A stretch of DNA of 64,000 nucleotides from Octopus vulgaris (lineage: Eukaryota), in assembly GCA_951406725.2 (NCBI GenBank), contig OX597818.1, positions 72,106,001-72,170,000 of the forward strand. Reading direction: 5' to 3'. The notes below the pieces were generated by a model, which was not told the origin of the DNA, ran no database searches, and was given only the letters and a program-made list of their open reading frames with translations. Each line of letters opens with the position of its first letter. Position 1 is the first letter of the stretch. This document shows positions 50,204 to 64,000 of this stretch, piece by piece. A program made the translations under genes and the position numbers.

Positions 50204-51411
50204 TATATTTATGGATGTATATGTATTTATTTAGTTATCTGTATGGGTGTGGGTGTGAATATATTGGTGTATTTATCGAGTATTGTACGTATGTATATGT
50301 ATGTGTGAGTGGGTATAGGTATATGTTTGTGGGTGTGTGTAAATATGTGTGTGTATTTGTGTGTGAATGTATTTATGAGGGGATTGCTATATAGGTTTAT
50401 TAATGTGTATTTGGTAAGGGAGGTTTTATCATTATATTTGTATGTATGGTTTTCGTTTATCATGATTGTTTTATTAATGAATTTTTTAGTAAATTCAGTC
50501 TATTTACGTTGATTTACATATTATTCCATTCTATTCCATTCATAATATTTAAATAACGTTCGTTCATCACGTGCAAAGGTTTTATTAAAAATATATTCTA
50601 TTTCTATGATAACGTATTTTTGTAAACGCTATAACAGTTAGACTTTTAAATTCACTTCATAACTTAAAATAGAATAGAAGGTATGTATTATTTTAGATCT
50701 CCTATCTTAATTTTAATTGTATATGTATAAGTTTTTGTATAATATATTCTCCTTATGTTAAACTTGTTGTTTATGTATTGATCTATTTATCGTACTTTTC
50801 TTTGTTATTAGTTATTAAATAATTTAGACATACTTTGATAAATAGATAGATTCGTTTTTAAATGGTTTAGATTACGTTTAATAATAGAATAATTCTACAT
50901 AAGTTATTATTCTTATTCATAATTTTGTTTTAAAATGGTGATGGGGTTTTTAATAGTATATTGCCGAGTAGAGAATGTTAATGTATGTGTGTGGCTGAAT
51001 GTATGTATCTGCTGAATTTGTTACTCCTCTGTGTTGGTGTGGCGGTGGGAGTGGTGTTGTGTGTGAGTGATTGTGTGTGTGTGTGTGTGTGTGCATTGTT
51101 TATGTGTAGAAAAGTTGTTTTCTTTTGAGTGTTTATGTATGTGTGAATGTGTGTGTGTGTTTTTGTTTGCGTATTTATGTATGTTTGTTGTATGCATGTG
51201 GTATTTGGAATATGTGTGTGTGTGTGTTTGTTTTAAGTATTTATGTATGGTGTTGTATATATGTGGTATACGGTATTCGGTAGTTTATTGCTAAGAATGA
51301 AATGTTTCTGTTGTTGTGGTTGAGTATTTGCGGATGCTGGATGTGTGGTTGTCATGCAGAGTGAGTGTGTTTATGAATGAGGGTTGTATGTGAGTGTGTG
51401 GGAGTACGAAT
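49342..51411. repeat. About 525-bp direct duplication (49342-49866 / 50881-51411) in TG-rich, probably PLE-derived sequence
   Basis: Colinear near-identity by eye. Confidence 0.75.
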
Positions 51412-51823
51412 AAGTAATGTGTTTAAGTATACGGCTACTTTATTAATTTATCATTGCCTAGATGTTTATGTGTATGTATAAAGATATATTTACGGGTGTG
51501 TGAGTTAGTGTATGTATTTAGATATGTTTATATATATACTTAGATATATGTGTATGAGCATGTGTGTTTATACATTTTATTTTATTTTTGTTTTTTGAAA
51601 TTAGATTATTCATCTTTAAATATGAGAACTTAAATACTAGGTTTCTTTATATTCAATTGTTTATAGAGGTTAATTTAGTTCTTGATTATATATAGATTAT
51701 ATATAGATTATATATAGATTATATATATATATATATATTTTCATTGATAAATTTATATTATTTATAGTTTTAGTCATTTTAAATTTATATCTTAAAAATA
51801 TTGATTATTTTTAGATCTGAAAT

Positions 51824-51869
51824 CCACCTGATGATGGTCCTGTGAAGAGACATGAAACAATTGTAGTGG
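51824..51869 (+). ncRNA. Type I hammerhead ribozyme
   Basis: ccac CTGATGA tggtc..gacat GAAAC AATT GTA gtgg, with the palindrome ACAATTGT. Confidence 0.72.
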
Positions 51870-51992
51870 CGAATATAATTTTATTTAATTTATATTAAAA
51901 TATTTTATGTATTGGATTAAGTCTTTCTTTGTTTGATTTGCAAAATAGTGGTTTTGTCTCTAATTAATATTAATATATATATATATATATAC

Positions 51993-52108
<116 letters not shown>

Positions 52109-52174
52109 GTGTGTGTGTGTGTGTGTGTGTGTGTGACGATTAGGTAAGGGGTGCCGAATTTTACAATTCTGTAA

Positions 52175-52578
52175 ATAGTCCTTTCTGCTAAAGGCACAAG
52201 CTCTGAAACTTTAGAGGACGGGGAACCACTCGTTTAAATCGACCCCATTGTTTTATTGGTACTTAATTTATCAACCTCGAAAGGATGAAAGGCAAAGTTG
52301 ACCTCGGCGCAATTTGAACTCAGAACGTAGCGGTAGACGAAATACCTATTTCTTTACTACCCACACGGGGCTAAACACAGAGAGCACAAACAAGGACAGA
52401 CAAACGTATTAAGTCCTTTATATCGACCACAGTGCGTAACTGGTACTTATTTAATCTACCCCGAAATGATGAAAGGCAAAGTTGACCTTGGCGGAATTTG
52501 AACTCAGAACGTAGCAGCAGACGAAATACCGCTGAGTATTTCGCCCGGCATGCTAACCTTTCTGCCAGCTCGCCGCCT
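52175..52578 (-). mobile_element. SINE family A, duplicated-body type
   Basis: Reverse complement of 329-722. Confidence 0.85.
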
Positions 52579-52696
52579 TCAAGTTTGTAAATGATAATAA
52601 TGATATTTTTCAAAAGCTTAAAGGTTTTAAGCGATCACCGTTATATTGACTAAAGAAAATATCCTAGCATGTATGTATTTATGTATGTATGTATGT

Positions 52697-52740
<44 letters not shown>

Positions 52741-53228
52741 GCACACCCACCCACACACGCACACACGTGCCCCCTCCCTAAACACATGTTTGGTACATAT
52801 GCAAATCACTCATTTTAAGTAATATTGCTTCTGTCTTGAACTATAAAATAAGAATTCAATGAGAACAAAATGATTCAATACTTTAAAGAGTTACTTCCCA
52901 TAGAACTTAAATACCAGGAGTAGCTTCCCTTATATTAAGCTATTGCTTATTGAATGATTTCCTTTTCTGGATCCAATGGAGTAGAGCTTTCTATGCGAAA
53001 CCTTTTTTTTCTTACTGAAATGTTGTACCGTTTGCTTGAGTGAGGGCTATCTAGGTCTGCTTAGAGATTCCAGATCTCATTCAGCCCCACTCGTATTGTA
53101 ACTTAGAATTTCTCCGTCATTGTCACCATCGTTTACACGGCAACGACAACGGCGATGACCACACCCATGTCTTTACTCGCAGCTAGCAACACCAGCAGCA
53201 GCAGCATAATATCTCCAGCTAATGTATA

Positions 53229-53580
53229 GGCGCAGGCATGGCTGCGTGGTAAGAAGCTTGTTTCTCAACCGCATGGTTCCGGGTTCAGTTCCACAGCGTG
53301 GCAACTTGGGCAAGTGTCTCTATTATAGCCTCGGGCCGACCAAAGCCTTGTGAGTGGATTTGTATGTTTGTGTCTGTGTTCATCCCTTCACCATCGTTTA
53401 ACAACCAATGTTGGTGTGTTTACGTCCCCGTAACTTAGCGGTTCATCAAAAGTGAATGATAGAATAAGTGCAAGGCTTACAAACAATAAGTCCAGGGGTC
53501 GATTCCTTCGACTAAAAGGCGGTGCTCCAGTGTGGCCACAGTCAAAATGATTGAAACAAGTAAAAGAATAAAAGAATAAG
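53229..53580 (+). mobile_element. SINE family B copy
   Basis: Similarity to 35203-35612. Confidence 0.85.
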
Positions 53581-53727
53581 GTATCCAGCCATTCTGTTGA
53601 TTGTACTATCTATCATAGATATGTACGTATTTATATACACACAAACCTACATATACACATACGCATATAAGCATTAAATATATATATATACATATTATAA
53701 TCTGTATATATATATATATATATATAT

Positions 53728-54010
53728 TATTATTATTATTATTATTAGTTCGCCCTTCGTTGTCGACGATGATCAAGGACATCATATGGGAGAAGAAAAC
53801 GGGGCATGATTTGTCCGGCTATGGCCAATCAGTTCGATGCATGCTCGTAAGGGTCGCAGGTCAGGCACTGGTAGTCTGTTCGGAATAAAGACAAGAAGTT
53901 GGCCCTGGACTTGCGTAGTTAACATTTTCTTACCTGGTGATTTTTAACAGCTTTCTCAGGCGGCTCATTTGGAAGCAGTTTAGCTTCTTGGCGTGGGGTT
54001 CATAAACCGT
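53728..54010 (-). mobile_element. RTE-type LINE 3' end with (TAA)n tail, degenerate
   Basis: Minus-strand YQCLTC zinc-finger remnant and a cgaagggcgaac(taa)n terminus. Confidence 0.45.
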
Positions 54011-54661
54011 CCAAGTCTCGTAGTCATACAATAGCGAATGCAGTACAACTGATCCACATTACAAGTTCAGGTTTTTACCTGTAATTATCGGGGCACTGGA
54101 ATATGTAAAACTACCTAAATACCAATCTTGAGAAATTAGACCTTTCAAAACCAGAAAGGAGAAAGCTCGTTTGAAGACTACAGATTCAAACCATCATTGG
54201 AGCTGTAAAAATCTGTAAAACTTTTCAGAAGTTTATCATTGAAGTATATATGAGCATGTCTAGATATGCAACTATGAGCATGAGAATACATACATAAAAC
54301 AAAACGTAGGAATCTGCACGCATACATACATACATACATACATACATACATACATACATACATACATACATACATACATACATACATACATGCATACATA
54401 CATACATGCAAACATACCTACATACGTACATACATACACACACACAAATACATATATACATACATAAATACATACATACATACATACATACATACATACA
54501 TGCATACATACATACATGCATACATACATACATGCATACATACATACATACTAAGAAAAATACCCTGTTGATGTTGAAATTCCAATGAAGGAGCCTTGGA
54601 TCTAAGTTAGAAACCGGCTCTTTCTCTGTTGGCAAGGATTTTTGAAATAAAACTGAGTAAT

Positions 54662-54694
<33 letters not shown>

Positions 54695-54893
54695 ATTCAT
54701 ACATACATGCAAGCATACATATATACATGTATGTATGTATGTATGTATGTATGTATGTATGTATGTATGTATGTATGTATGTATGTATGTATGTATGCAT
54801 GTATGTGTTTATATATATATATATAATTATTTTTTTCCGTAATGAGATAAAAAAATAAGGCTGTGTAGATTTTAGAACATTTATAAATAGAAG

Positions 54894-54941
54894 GTCTTAC
54901 AGCTGTTTCTAGGATATTTATTATATTCCTTCATCGGAGAC
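54894..54941 (-). ncRNA. Type I hammerhead, U4C variant
   Basis: gtct CCGATGA agga.tat..atatccta GAAAC AGCT GTA agac. Confidence 0.6.
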
Positions 54942-55047
54942 AGTGTGAGAAGATGGTTAAGCAATAGATATTTAGATAAGATACGAAATAGAGAGTGCGG
55001 TGGAGGAATGAAAATAGATGTGAGATATGCAGGGATATTGTATTTGT

Positions 55048-55812
55048 AGATTTTTTGACTGCTGTTTCTAAACTTCCGTATGTGGTGAAGCAAATCGTTG
55101 CTGAACCCTATTTATAAAGTATTACTTAAGCTTACCATGAAATTGTCTTTTTCATGCTGAATTCTACTTGGTGAAATTACTGATTACTTCTTAATTAATT
55201 AATTTTAGCCTTTGTTATTATTGATAATGGAATTCTTCTCCCAGATAACAAACTACAGTTTCTTTCTGTAGCATCTTACTTGGCGACACGCTAATGGGCA
55301 GGGGAAGGTGATTAACTCTCATTCGTATTTTGAATTTGGCGGCACTAGCACGGAATATGATCTATCTGATACAGTTAGGGGAAGAGATAGTTTCCAGTGC
55401 CTTCGAATTTAATATTTAATAATTAATATTGGAGGAATCCCACGCTGAAGAGCCGATAATGATCGGGTAAAGTATAATTATTTATTATTTATGCTTTATA
55501 CCGATCTAATTCCGAAACGCGCGTACGTGGGTAACCTAATATAGAATGATTATCGTTATTTTTCCCTTTTGCCTGCGTGGATTGTTTTCAAGTACTTTGA
55601 TTTTTCTGGGAGCCCCTTTTAAAGTAGAAGGAATAGCTAAGATTTTTTGACTGCTATTTCTAAACTTCGGTATGTGGTGAAGCAAATCGTTGCTGAACCC
55701 TATTTATAATGTATTACTTAAGCTTACCATGAAATGGTCTTTTTCATGCCGAATTCTACTTGGTGAAATTACTGATTACTTCTTAATTAATTAATTTACC
55801 CTTTGTTATTAT
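55048..55812 (+). mobile_element. About 592-bp monomer, 1.3 copies, with an internal HHR (retrozyme/pLTR-like)
   Basis: Direct repeats of about 170 bp at 55048-55221 and 55640-55812, ending in (TA)n. Confidence 0.75.
55439..55531 (+). ncRNA. Type I hammerhead ribozyme
   Basis: cccacg CTGAAGA g..gatcgg..ccgatc..c GAAAC GCGC GTA cgtggg, with the palindrome ACGCGCGT. Confidence 0.78.
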
Positions 55813-55862
55813 ATATATATATATATATAGATAGATAGATAGATAGAAAGAGATATATATAG

Positions 55863-56008
55863 GGTAGGTGTGGCTCTATAGTTAAAAGCTTGCTTCCCAA
55901 CCACAGGGTTTAGGGTTCAGCCCAACAGCGTGGCACCACTTCTGCTATAGCGTTGGGCAGACCAAAGCCTTGTGAGTGGAATTGATTGACGGAAACTGAC
56001 TGGCTGTC

Positions 56009-56045
<37 letters not shown>

Positions 56046-56272
56046 TATGTGTGTGTGTGTGTGTGGTGTGCTTTGGTATCTTTGTTTGTCCTCACCCACA
56101 GCTTCACAACCGCTGGTGGTGCGCAATCTAGCTATTTGTCAAACGAGACCGATAGAGTATCACGCTTTTAGAAAATAAGTATGGGGTCAATACAGTCAAC
56201 ATTTGAAGGCGATGCCCCAGCATGTCCGCAGTCTAGCGACTAAAACAGATGAAAGATAAAAAAGATAAAAGA
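55863..56272 (+). mobile_element. SINE family B copy, diverged
   Basis: Similarity to other copies. Confidence 0.75.
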
Positions 56273-56308
<36 letters not shown>

Positions 56309-57319
56309 TATATATGGTTGTGTAGAAGGACGTCTTAGAGACATCAATATCTGGTTAATAAAAAGAATGGTTGTGAAAATTGTGTGTCTTTGACCTCCAT
56401 CTTCACAAAACTGAATGGAAGCTGTATCACATATATTTTTTAATGTACTTATTGGTATTAACTAAATTACCACTAACCACCACTCACCACCGAATATGTT
56501 TTGGTATTATTCTACCGTATATTTGATAATCGTTTCAGGTGTTATTGTCACCCCGAGCAGACAAACGTACCCTCTCAGTTTCTCCAATCTTAGCCAATCA
56601 GAATATGAATGCAAAGGAAGGCAGCTGGAGGGAAGGGAGAGCGCTACACTAGTAGTCAGTTGCTACTTATTATAGTTGAGATTTAAGCAATGTGAAATGT
56701 ATTTCTTTGTTCACATCGCATCGTCCAGGAATTGAACTCACGACCATGTCATCAACAGCCTTACAAACTAGGCCAGTTGGCATCATGTCTGTCTTAACCC
56801 ATTCAAAGAGACCATAATAACTGCCATAATGAGATAGTTGGTGTAGTATTACGACAAAGTACATGCAAAATGTTGAGGTAATTTGAAATTGTTAGATGGA
56901 ACTGTCAGTACTAGGAACGTCATGGTACGAGAGAAAAATCAAGATCACCTAAATGTCCAAGGTGTTGTGGCAAGTTATTTTACAGAAGAGTAATGTGTTA
57001 GAATTGTTTGTAGTCGTTGGATGAAAGATTAGTTAAGTTTAGTATACTCAAAATTTCGTTGAACATCTATACCATCTATGAACATTGTTCTTGTTTCCGT
57101 TCATACTGAAATCAAGACCGATAGAATAACCTTATGACCCAAAATAATTAAGCCCTCACCCGCTCGTCCTTTCTCCCTTACTGCGTTTCCAACACGATAT
57201 AATACAATTTGTTCTCTCATTTTCGAAGACACTGGGTGTAATTTGATGAAGAATTAGATGCTTAATTTAGCAGACCGATCGGCCTCGATGGGTTCTTACT
57301 CATAAACTGCTGGCAATTG

Positions 57320-58440
57320 ACCGATATTTGCCGGTAGCACTAGGAATATTCGCAGATGGTTGCAAGAGTATTTATTTGTAGTGCTAAAATTTATTGCAAG
57401 AGCTATGAAGAATATTTGCAGATCGCGCAAGAATACATGCTAGTAAGGCAAATATTTACAGATGGTGGCGAAAAAAAGTTTTAACATGATGGTACGAAAT
57501 ATTTTCAGATGGCGACACTAGAAGGAAAACTTTATGGAACAAACACAATACTTCCGAGTATAGCACTCACCATCAAATGACAGTCTTTTATAATAAACAG
57601 GTTGCTTATGGTTATCTTCCAATAATTATCTTCATCATAATGGAAAGAAGACCGAGAATCTGTGGACACTGCTTTCGTAGGAAGGAGGAAGTCGTGAGTC
57701 AAATGCTGATATGGGAACCAACACACGGAAAGCGACTCAGGACGTTTATCGAACATTTGGTTAAAAAACCCTGGTTTGCTGAAGGGGGACCTACCAAGAT
57801 TAATGCGGGAGAGTTAATTCTGGAGACAAATGGCTGATAGTGTTCATCTTCGGAAGATGCAGTCAGTATATTTGCAGGTGTTGATCTTTTATATTTGCCG
57901 AAGGAGCTGATAAGATTTGTAGATGGTTATTTACTATTAGTGCCAGAATATTTTTACAGATTGCTCCAAGAATATTTGCATGACGCGATAATGAAATTTG
58001 TTGATGGCCGTTGGAATATTTACAAGTATTGCCAAAAAATGTCAAGTGGTGCCATGAAATCTTGCAACAGACGACAAAAGCACTTTCAGATGATGGCAAG
58101 CACAGTTGTAGTTGATGCTAAATACATCTACAGAAGGTACCAATAATACTTATAGATTGTCATAAGAATGTTTGCTGGTGTTGACCAATAAATTTTTGCA
58201 GATGTTGCTAAGAATGTTTCCAGATAGTGCTAAGAATATTTACACATGAGCCAACAATATTTGCAGGTTTTGGCTACAATATTTGTAGATGTCCACAAGA
58301 ATATTTCAGTCGGAAATTAAAACATTTACAGGTGATACGAAAAATACTTGCAGATAGTTCAAAGAATATTTTCAGGTTGTGTCGTAAATATTTGGAGAAT
58401 ATTTATATCTGATGGCAAAATTTTTTACCGGTGGTGATAC
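57320..58440. repeat. Degenerate minisatellite of about 22 bp (gaatatttgcagatggtgctaa-like), interrupted by an RTE fragment at about 57530-57860
   Basis: Recurrent atattt.cagatg motif. The insert encodes ICGHCFRRKEEVVSQMLIWEPTHGKR. Confidence 0.65.
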
Positions 58441-58449
58441 GAATCTTTT

Positions 58450-58843
58450 CTTCTCTAGGCACAGGGCCCGAAATTCTTGGAGAGGGAGCCAGTCGATTAC
58501 ATCGACGCTAGTACGCAACTGGTACTTAATTTATCGACCCCGAAAGGATGAAAGGCAAAGTCGACCTCGGCGGAATTTAAACTCAGAACGTAAAGACAGA
58601 CGAAATACCCATTTCTTTACTACCCACAAGGGGCTATACACAGAGAGGACAAACAAGGACAGACAAATTGGATTAAGTCGATTATATCAACCCCAGTGCG
58701 TAACTGGTACTTATTTAATCGACCTCGAAGGGATGAAAGGCAAAGTCGTCCTCGACGGAATTTAAACTCAGAACGTAAAAACAGACGAACTACCGCTAAG
58801 CATTTCGCCCGGTGTGCTGACGTTTCTGCCAGCTTGCCGCCTT
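58450..58843 (-). mobile_element. SINE family A, duplicated-body type
   Basis: Reverse complement of 329-722. Confidence 0.85.
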
Positions 58844-59559
58844 CCGGTGGTGATAAGAATAAAACTGTGAAGCATGCAAATGCTGTTGATAGTGTAGATA
58901 GCCTCGATAGTGGTACTGATAAAACTGATATTGTTTTAAAACATTGATAATGCATATGGTATTTCATTGTGTTGAATGTGTAGGCAATTTAAATATTTTA
59001 GACAATGTTGATACTATAGATAATGGTGATAACAGAGTTTATAGAGTATATGATGCTGATAGAGTAGATAATGTTGGTGGTGATAGTCTTGATGGTGATT
59101 ATGATGTTGATAGTGTGGAAAATGATCATAAAATATATAATGCCGATATTGTCGATCATGTAAATGGCAATGAGAGTACTGACTGTATTCCGATATGTCT
59201 GCTGTGTAGCTTGGTGTTCCCCAGCAGTTTCTATTGTTACTTTTTCCATTCCGTGAAATTAGATCTTTAAACACCGTCCCTCTTCTTGTTAGGCTGTTAA
59301 TTCTCTCCTGGTACGTTCCTATGAAATCAAATTTGGTCAAGAATTTTCAGTGAATAATGGCAATCTTTTTGTTTTTGCTTTTGTTAACCCCTGAGCGAAT
59401 CCTGACTGAGAGAATCTTGTAATTCTAGCTGAGACTATCTTGTCTTCTAGACATATGTATCTAGAATAACGTTATCTAATTTTGAAGTCGCCATATATAT
59501 ATATATATATATATATATGTAGAGAGAGAGAGAGAGAGAGAAAGAAGAGTCGACATACA

Positions 59560-60168
59560 CTTTGGCCAGAGGCTGGACTGTGTCTCATACTGATTGAAAA
59601 CTAGTCAAGTTTTTCTTCCCAGGATGTTGTCCACGATAGCTGTGTGCGTAGTAACAACACCAACACAGACGTGGGCTTCATTATGGCCTTGTTGAGTAAC
59701 AGCAGCTGCAGGTGGGGTGGGAGAGCTAAGATAGCTTTTGGCTATGCTAAGGATGTACTTTCCCTAGAAGATATGTTCGGTGATAGAGAAGCCTAAAATT
59801 TGAAGTGAATGTGAGGGCTATTCTTGTGTGCAGTCTCGTCTGGATATGACAGAAAGTAGATCAATGATGTATAGAAGGTAGAGTATAGGGGACAGAAGCG
59901 AAAACTGGTGAACATCATTGTTTAGTTGAGAAAAGGGTGATCAGATAGGAAGCTACTGACCCAAAAGATGAGAGATAAGTAGAGGCTGTAGGCGGGAATG
60001 TTTTGATACAATATTAGCATGCCATATACCGCCAATGGCAACTAAATTGCTTTCATTTCACTACTATCAAATGAGAGAGCAAAAGAGGGAGAGAAGAAAG
60101 AGGGAGAGAGCAAAAGAAAGAGAGAGACAGAAAGAGAGAGCGAGCTAAAGAGAGAGTGAAAGGGAGTA

Positions 60169-60210
<42 letters not shown>

Positions 60211-61610
60211 AAAAGAGAAATTCGAGAACTTACTTGTTAACTGCTGTCTCCATTTCCCAAGAGATGTTAGCGAAAAGAACAATAGGATGATAGCGGGGTC
60301 AGAGAGGTTGCCTTTCTTTGGAATGGGACACAGCGAGGAGTGCATCCGAATATCAAGGTATATCTCTTTTGAAAGTGAGATATTAAAGTGGTTATTGAGT
60401 ATAAGTACAAGTTATATGTTGCATTATTCGGGTGTAATGGGAGGGTTTACAGTGTTGAGTCTAGTGACTTATTTGTTTAAACCCACTAAAGGTATTTTTG
60501 CACTAGTGGAATGGAATAGATTTGGAAGAGAATGGTCAAGAGTGGTGTTTGCTGTAAAAAGGAGAGCAAAAGAGGAAAATTTATGCATGGGGAAAGGTCC
60601 TGATTACCAAACCATCAAGAGAGGTGGGAAACTGAAAATTTGGTGGTGATTCTTTTGGTAAGAGACTAAGAAAGATTCATTATACTTTGGGAAGCTGTAA
60701 AGTTTGAGAGCCGTGGATGCACGAAGGCTTCCTTGACTCAACGCATAATGGTGAATGTCACCCAGTTAGGGAGGAGGGTGAGAATCATTAGATGTTGCTC
60801 GAATATCTGTAGTGGAGTAAACCACTTAGGGAATTATGATATTGAGATTTTGTTTGTGTGGGATGTCAAGAGACATGTCTAAAAGGTTTCATTCACCCTC
60901 ACCGTAGGTGTTTCTGCTGGGTCAGGAGTGAAACACGCGTTCTGTCAGGGATAAGTAATATAAAACTAGCGGAACTCCGACCACTTAGTTGACTTGTAGT
61001 GTGGGGTGAAGGGATATTGTATAATATCGGGTTTGCGTTGGACTGTCGCAACGGGGCAGTTATCTGATGACACGATAGGTGCAGAATCGGATATGGCTTG
61101 GTAGATGATGGATTTCAACGTGAGAGAGAAATGAAGGGTATTTGGTATAACGGTCTGGAATGCGAACAGAAGAAGAAACAAGTTGATGTACAGAGATGGG
61201 AATTACAAATGATTCGGCTGCTACACTGACAACATCGGTATGGTAGAAGTGTAAGAGATATGAAGAATTATATGTGTCAAAGTTACCGAGGAACCGAGGA
61301 AGATCACACGGCAGGGGACAAAGATAAGATATGTGTTCTCAATACAGGAGGAGGTGTTAAAGTGTCACTGCTAGTCTCGAGTAGTCTCGGCTAGAAATGT
61401 ATTTGGAGAATGATGGACTTTGAGCCAAAATAATTAGATATAATTTTTGAAATCTAACTGAGAGCGGTGAGTGATGGGACAAAAAAGTGTGTATGCACAG
61501 ACATTTTTAAGAGTGAATTTTGAATAGAGCGTATAACCTGAACAAACAGCAAAGATGGATTGTAGATAGGGGCTGAGAAATCTAGATCTCAGAGAGAAGC
61601 CGGTGCTAAA
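59560..61610 (-). mobile_element. Highly degenerate APE-type LINE (CR1/Jockey group)
   Basis: Remnants PIPKKGNLSDP and FLAET on the minus strand; purine-rich plus strand. Confidence 0.5.
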
Positions 61611-61881
61611 CCAAAACTAGTGGATATCTTCCCTCGAAGTACAAGTCCTTCAACTACTGGAGGATATAAGATTTCTACATTTTAATGAAACAGCCATCAA
61701 CTTTACATTTCTACTGCTCCTACAACCGTGAAATACCATCCCACCTTTTCTATATCAAGGACTACATTGTCAAACATATCCACCTTTATATTTTTCTAAA
61801 ACAGTTAGGTGTGATTCAAGAGAGAATTGGATGCTATTTCTAACAGCTCGAGCGACCACATAGATGGTCCGTTGTTGGGAA

Positions 61882-63410
61882 TGATAAATAACCTGTGATG
61901 TATCAAGTCACATTTACTAGCAAAGAACACAGCAGAGTACCGGAGGTGTAATACGAACCAAAACGTTTGTTTGCTAATCCATCACTGTTAGTCATTCAAA
62001 CAGCAGCTGCTCCAGGTATTAGGATTAAGTTTTAGTTAATCAATACCTAGATGGTCTTCTACAATATCTTGTATTAAAAACACGAAATAAATCGTTAAAA
62101 GACAACTTCAGGATTTTATTAAGATCTTTTGAAATGAAATAGCATTGCAAAGAATGTTAAATTGACGACACATTTCAAATGTAAAGAACAGACGATATGT
62201 CCATTTGGTTGAATGCCTTATAGTAGTTTATTTGAGTTTATTTCAATTATATTACCTGTGATCAGAACGAAATTTAATGTAAATATTGTAGTTAATCTTG
62301 TAGAAGTTCTCTATCAGCTGTTCTTGATATCTACATTTATTAAATGTCTCTCTACATTATTGAAAACTTGAGGTGTTCTTTCTTGAATTCTAATTATTTT
62401 CTTTTATTATTATTTAAATTAAGTGGTAAAGATTCTGAAGTAAGAATCTCATTTATGGCCGCCTTTTTACAACAGCTGCTGACATTTTTTCCATGTTTTT
62501 AATGTTTGTCATACATAATAGAAATTAGAAATTAACATGAAAGATCCCTCGAGTATAATAAAATTCATAAGAATGAATAGCTTTGTGTCTAGATATGTAT
62601 GTGTGTATGTCTATGTATGTGTGCTTCTATGTGTATGTATACAGTTGCATACGCACCTACCTACCTACCTACATACCTACCTACCTACATACATACATGC
62701 ATACATACATACACACACACACACATACATACATACATACATACATACATACATACATACATACATACACACATATATACGTACATACATACATACATTT
62801 ATATATGCGTGTATGTACATGTATGCATCTATACGTTTATGTATGTATATATGTGTATTTGATAGAGACTGAAGATATGGTTGCTTTATTCAAAACCTAT
62901 ATAAATATGTTCTTGTATCCCTGATATATTGACTCCTTTACCGAAATGCTTTACACGCAGACACACACAACATATTCAGACAAACTCACATACGCATACA
63001 CATAAATCTTTCAGTTCTCTTTATTATTTTTGAGCAATCATGGTTAAAATCACATTAAACCACTCACTCACGCCGTTGCCTCCTCCTGGGTCGTAGGCCA
63101 CTGACTATCTCTTACCACTGATCCTTAACCTGAACCTTCCTCTCCAGTTTCCCCAGCACGAGTTACGTTGCTAGGAGTCCCTTGACCTTCCTCTCTTCTT
63201 TATGATAAATAACTTGTGATGTATCAATTCACAGTTACCAGCCAAGAACACAGAAGTGTACCGGAGGTGTAATACGAACCAAAACATTTGTTTGCTAATC
63301 CATCACTGTTAGTCATTCAAAACAGCAGCTGCTCCAGGTATTAGGATTAACTTTTAGTCAATCAATAAATAGATGGTCTTCTACACTATCTTGTATTACA
63401 AAACACGAAA
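61882..63410. repeat. Pair of about 207-bp direct repeats (61882-62088 / 63202-63410)
   Basis: Shared tgataaataac.tgtgatgtatcaa..gtaccggaggtgtaatacgaaccaaaac..aaacacgaaat. Confidence 0.8.
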
Positions 63411-63534
63411 TCAATACCTAGGGGTTTGATCTTAGACACTACAGGTGAAGATGAACTGGGGTTTTCTGAGGTTGTTTTCAATACAGCGCCTTTCTTCGAT
63501 TCATGTCAGTTACTCTATTCAGGAGACGTGCACA

Positions 63535-63629
<95 letters not shown>

Positions 63630-64000
63630 GTCTGTCTGTCTGTCAAAATCTCTCTCTCTCTCTATCTATATGTCTATCTACCGATAGACATGTAGATAGA
63701 TATGTTGTAATACAACTAAATTAAAACCCTCATTACATTTATGTAGATTAGAACAATATACACTGGCGAAAATAAATCTAAGACCGATCATAAAAGTTCT
63801 ATTTCTTGCAAAATATTTTGTTACTAACACCATAAAAATTATTTTTATATTTTACACCTTATGCAGAATTTATTTCTCTGATGCAGACAATAACTATTTT
63901 TATACAACTTGAAGAATACTAATGCTAAATTAATATAAACGTTTCAAATTTACCGACAAAATCAGTTTAAAACCATGTAATATGTATGCAAATTTTTTTG

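Noticed and set aside
58860-59200. Asp/Asn/Val-rich ORF (58944-59270)
   Set aside because: Degenerate (GAT)-based low-complexity sequence with no recognisable domain.

Overview
Eukaryotic, AT-rich, gene-poor window dominated by microsatellites and transposon debris. The SINE families and microsatellite density suggest an octopod cephalopod (Octopus-like); this is inference, not a database match. No intact host gene is supported, and nearly all ORF-track entries are microsatellite artefacts. Recognisable mobile elements are tRNA-derived SINEs, an IR/DR Tc1, a mariner, a pogo/Tigger remnant, two hAT MITEs, two Helitron-like MITEs, CR1-, RTE- and R4/Dong-type LINE fragments, and a Penelope-like (PLE) GIY-YIG fragment. 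The main signal is a dense population of small non-coding elements carrying type I hammerhead ribozymes (HHRs), mostly embedded in (TA)n tracts. It includes (i) a ~9.8-copy, ~444-bp tandem array with one HHR per monomer (retrozyme-like, 37303-41679); (ii) a fold-back element whose two HHR-bearing arms enclose an uninterrupted histone H2B C-terminal fragment (46986-47635); and (iii) about ten further HHRs from several sequence families, mostly with palindromic helix III, some with U3-A8 or U4C core variants. All ribozyme calls come from manual folding and are untested.
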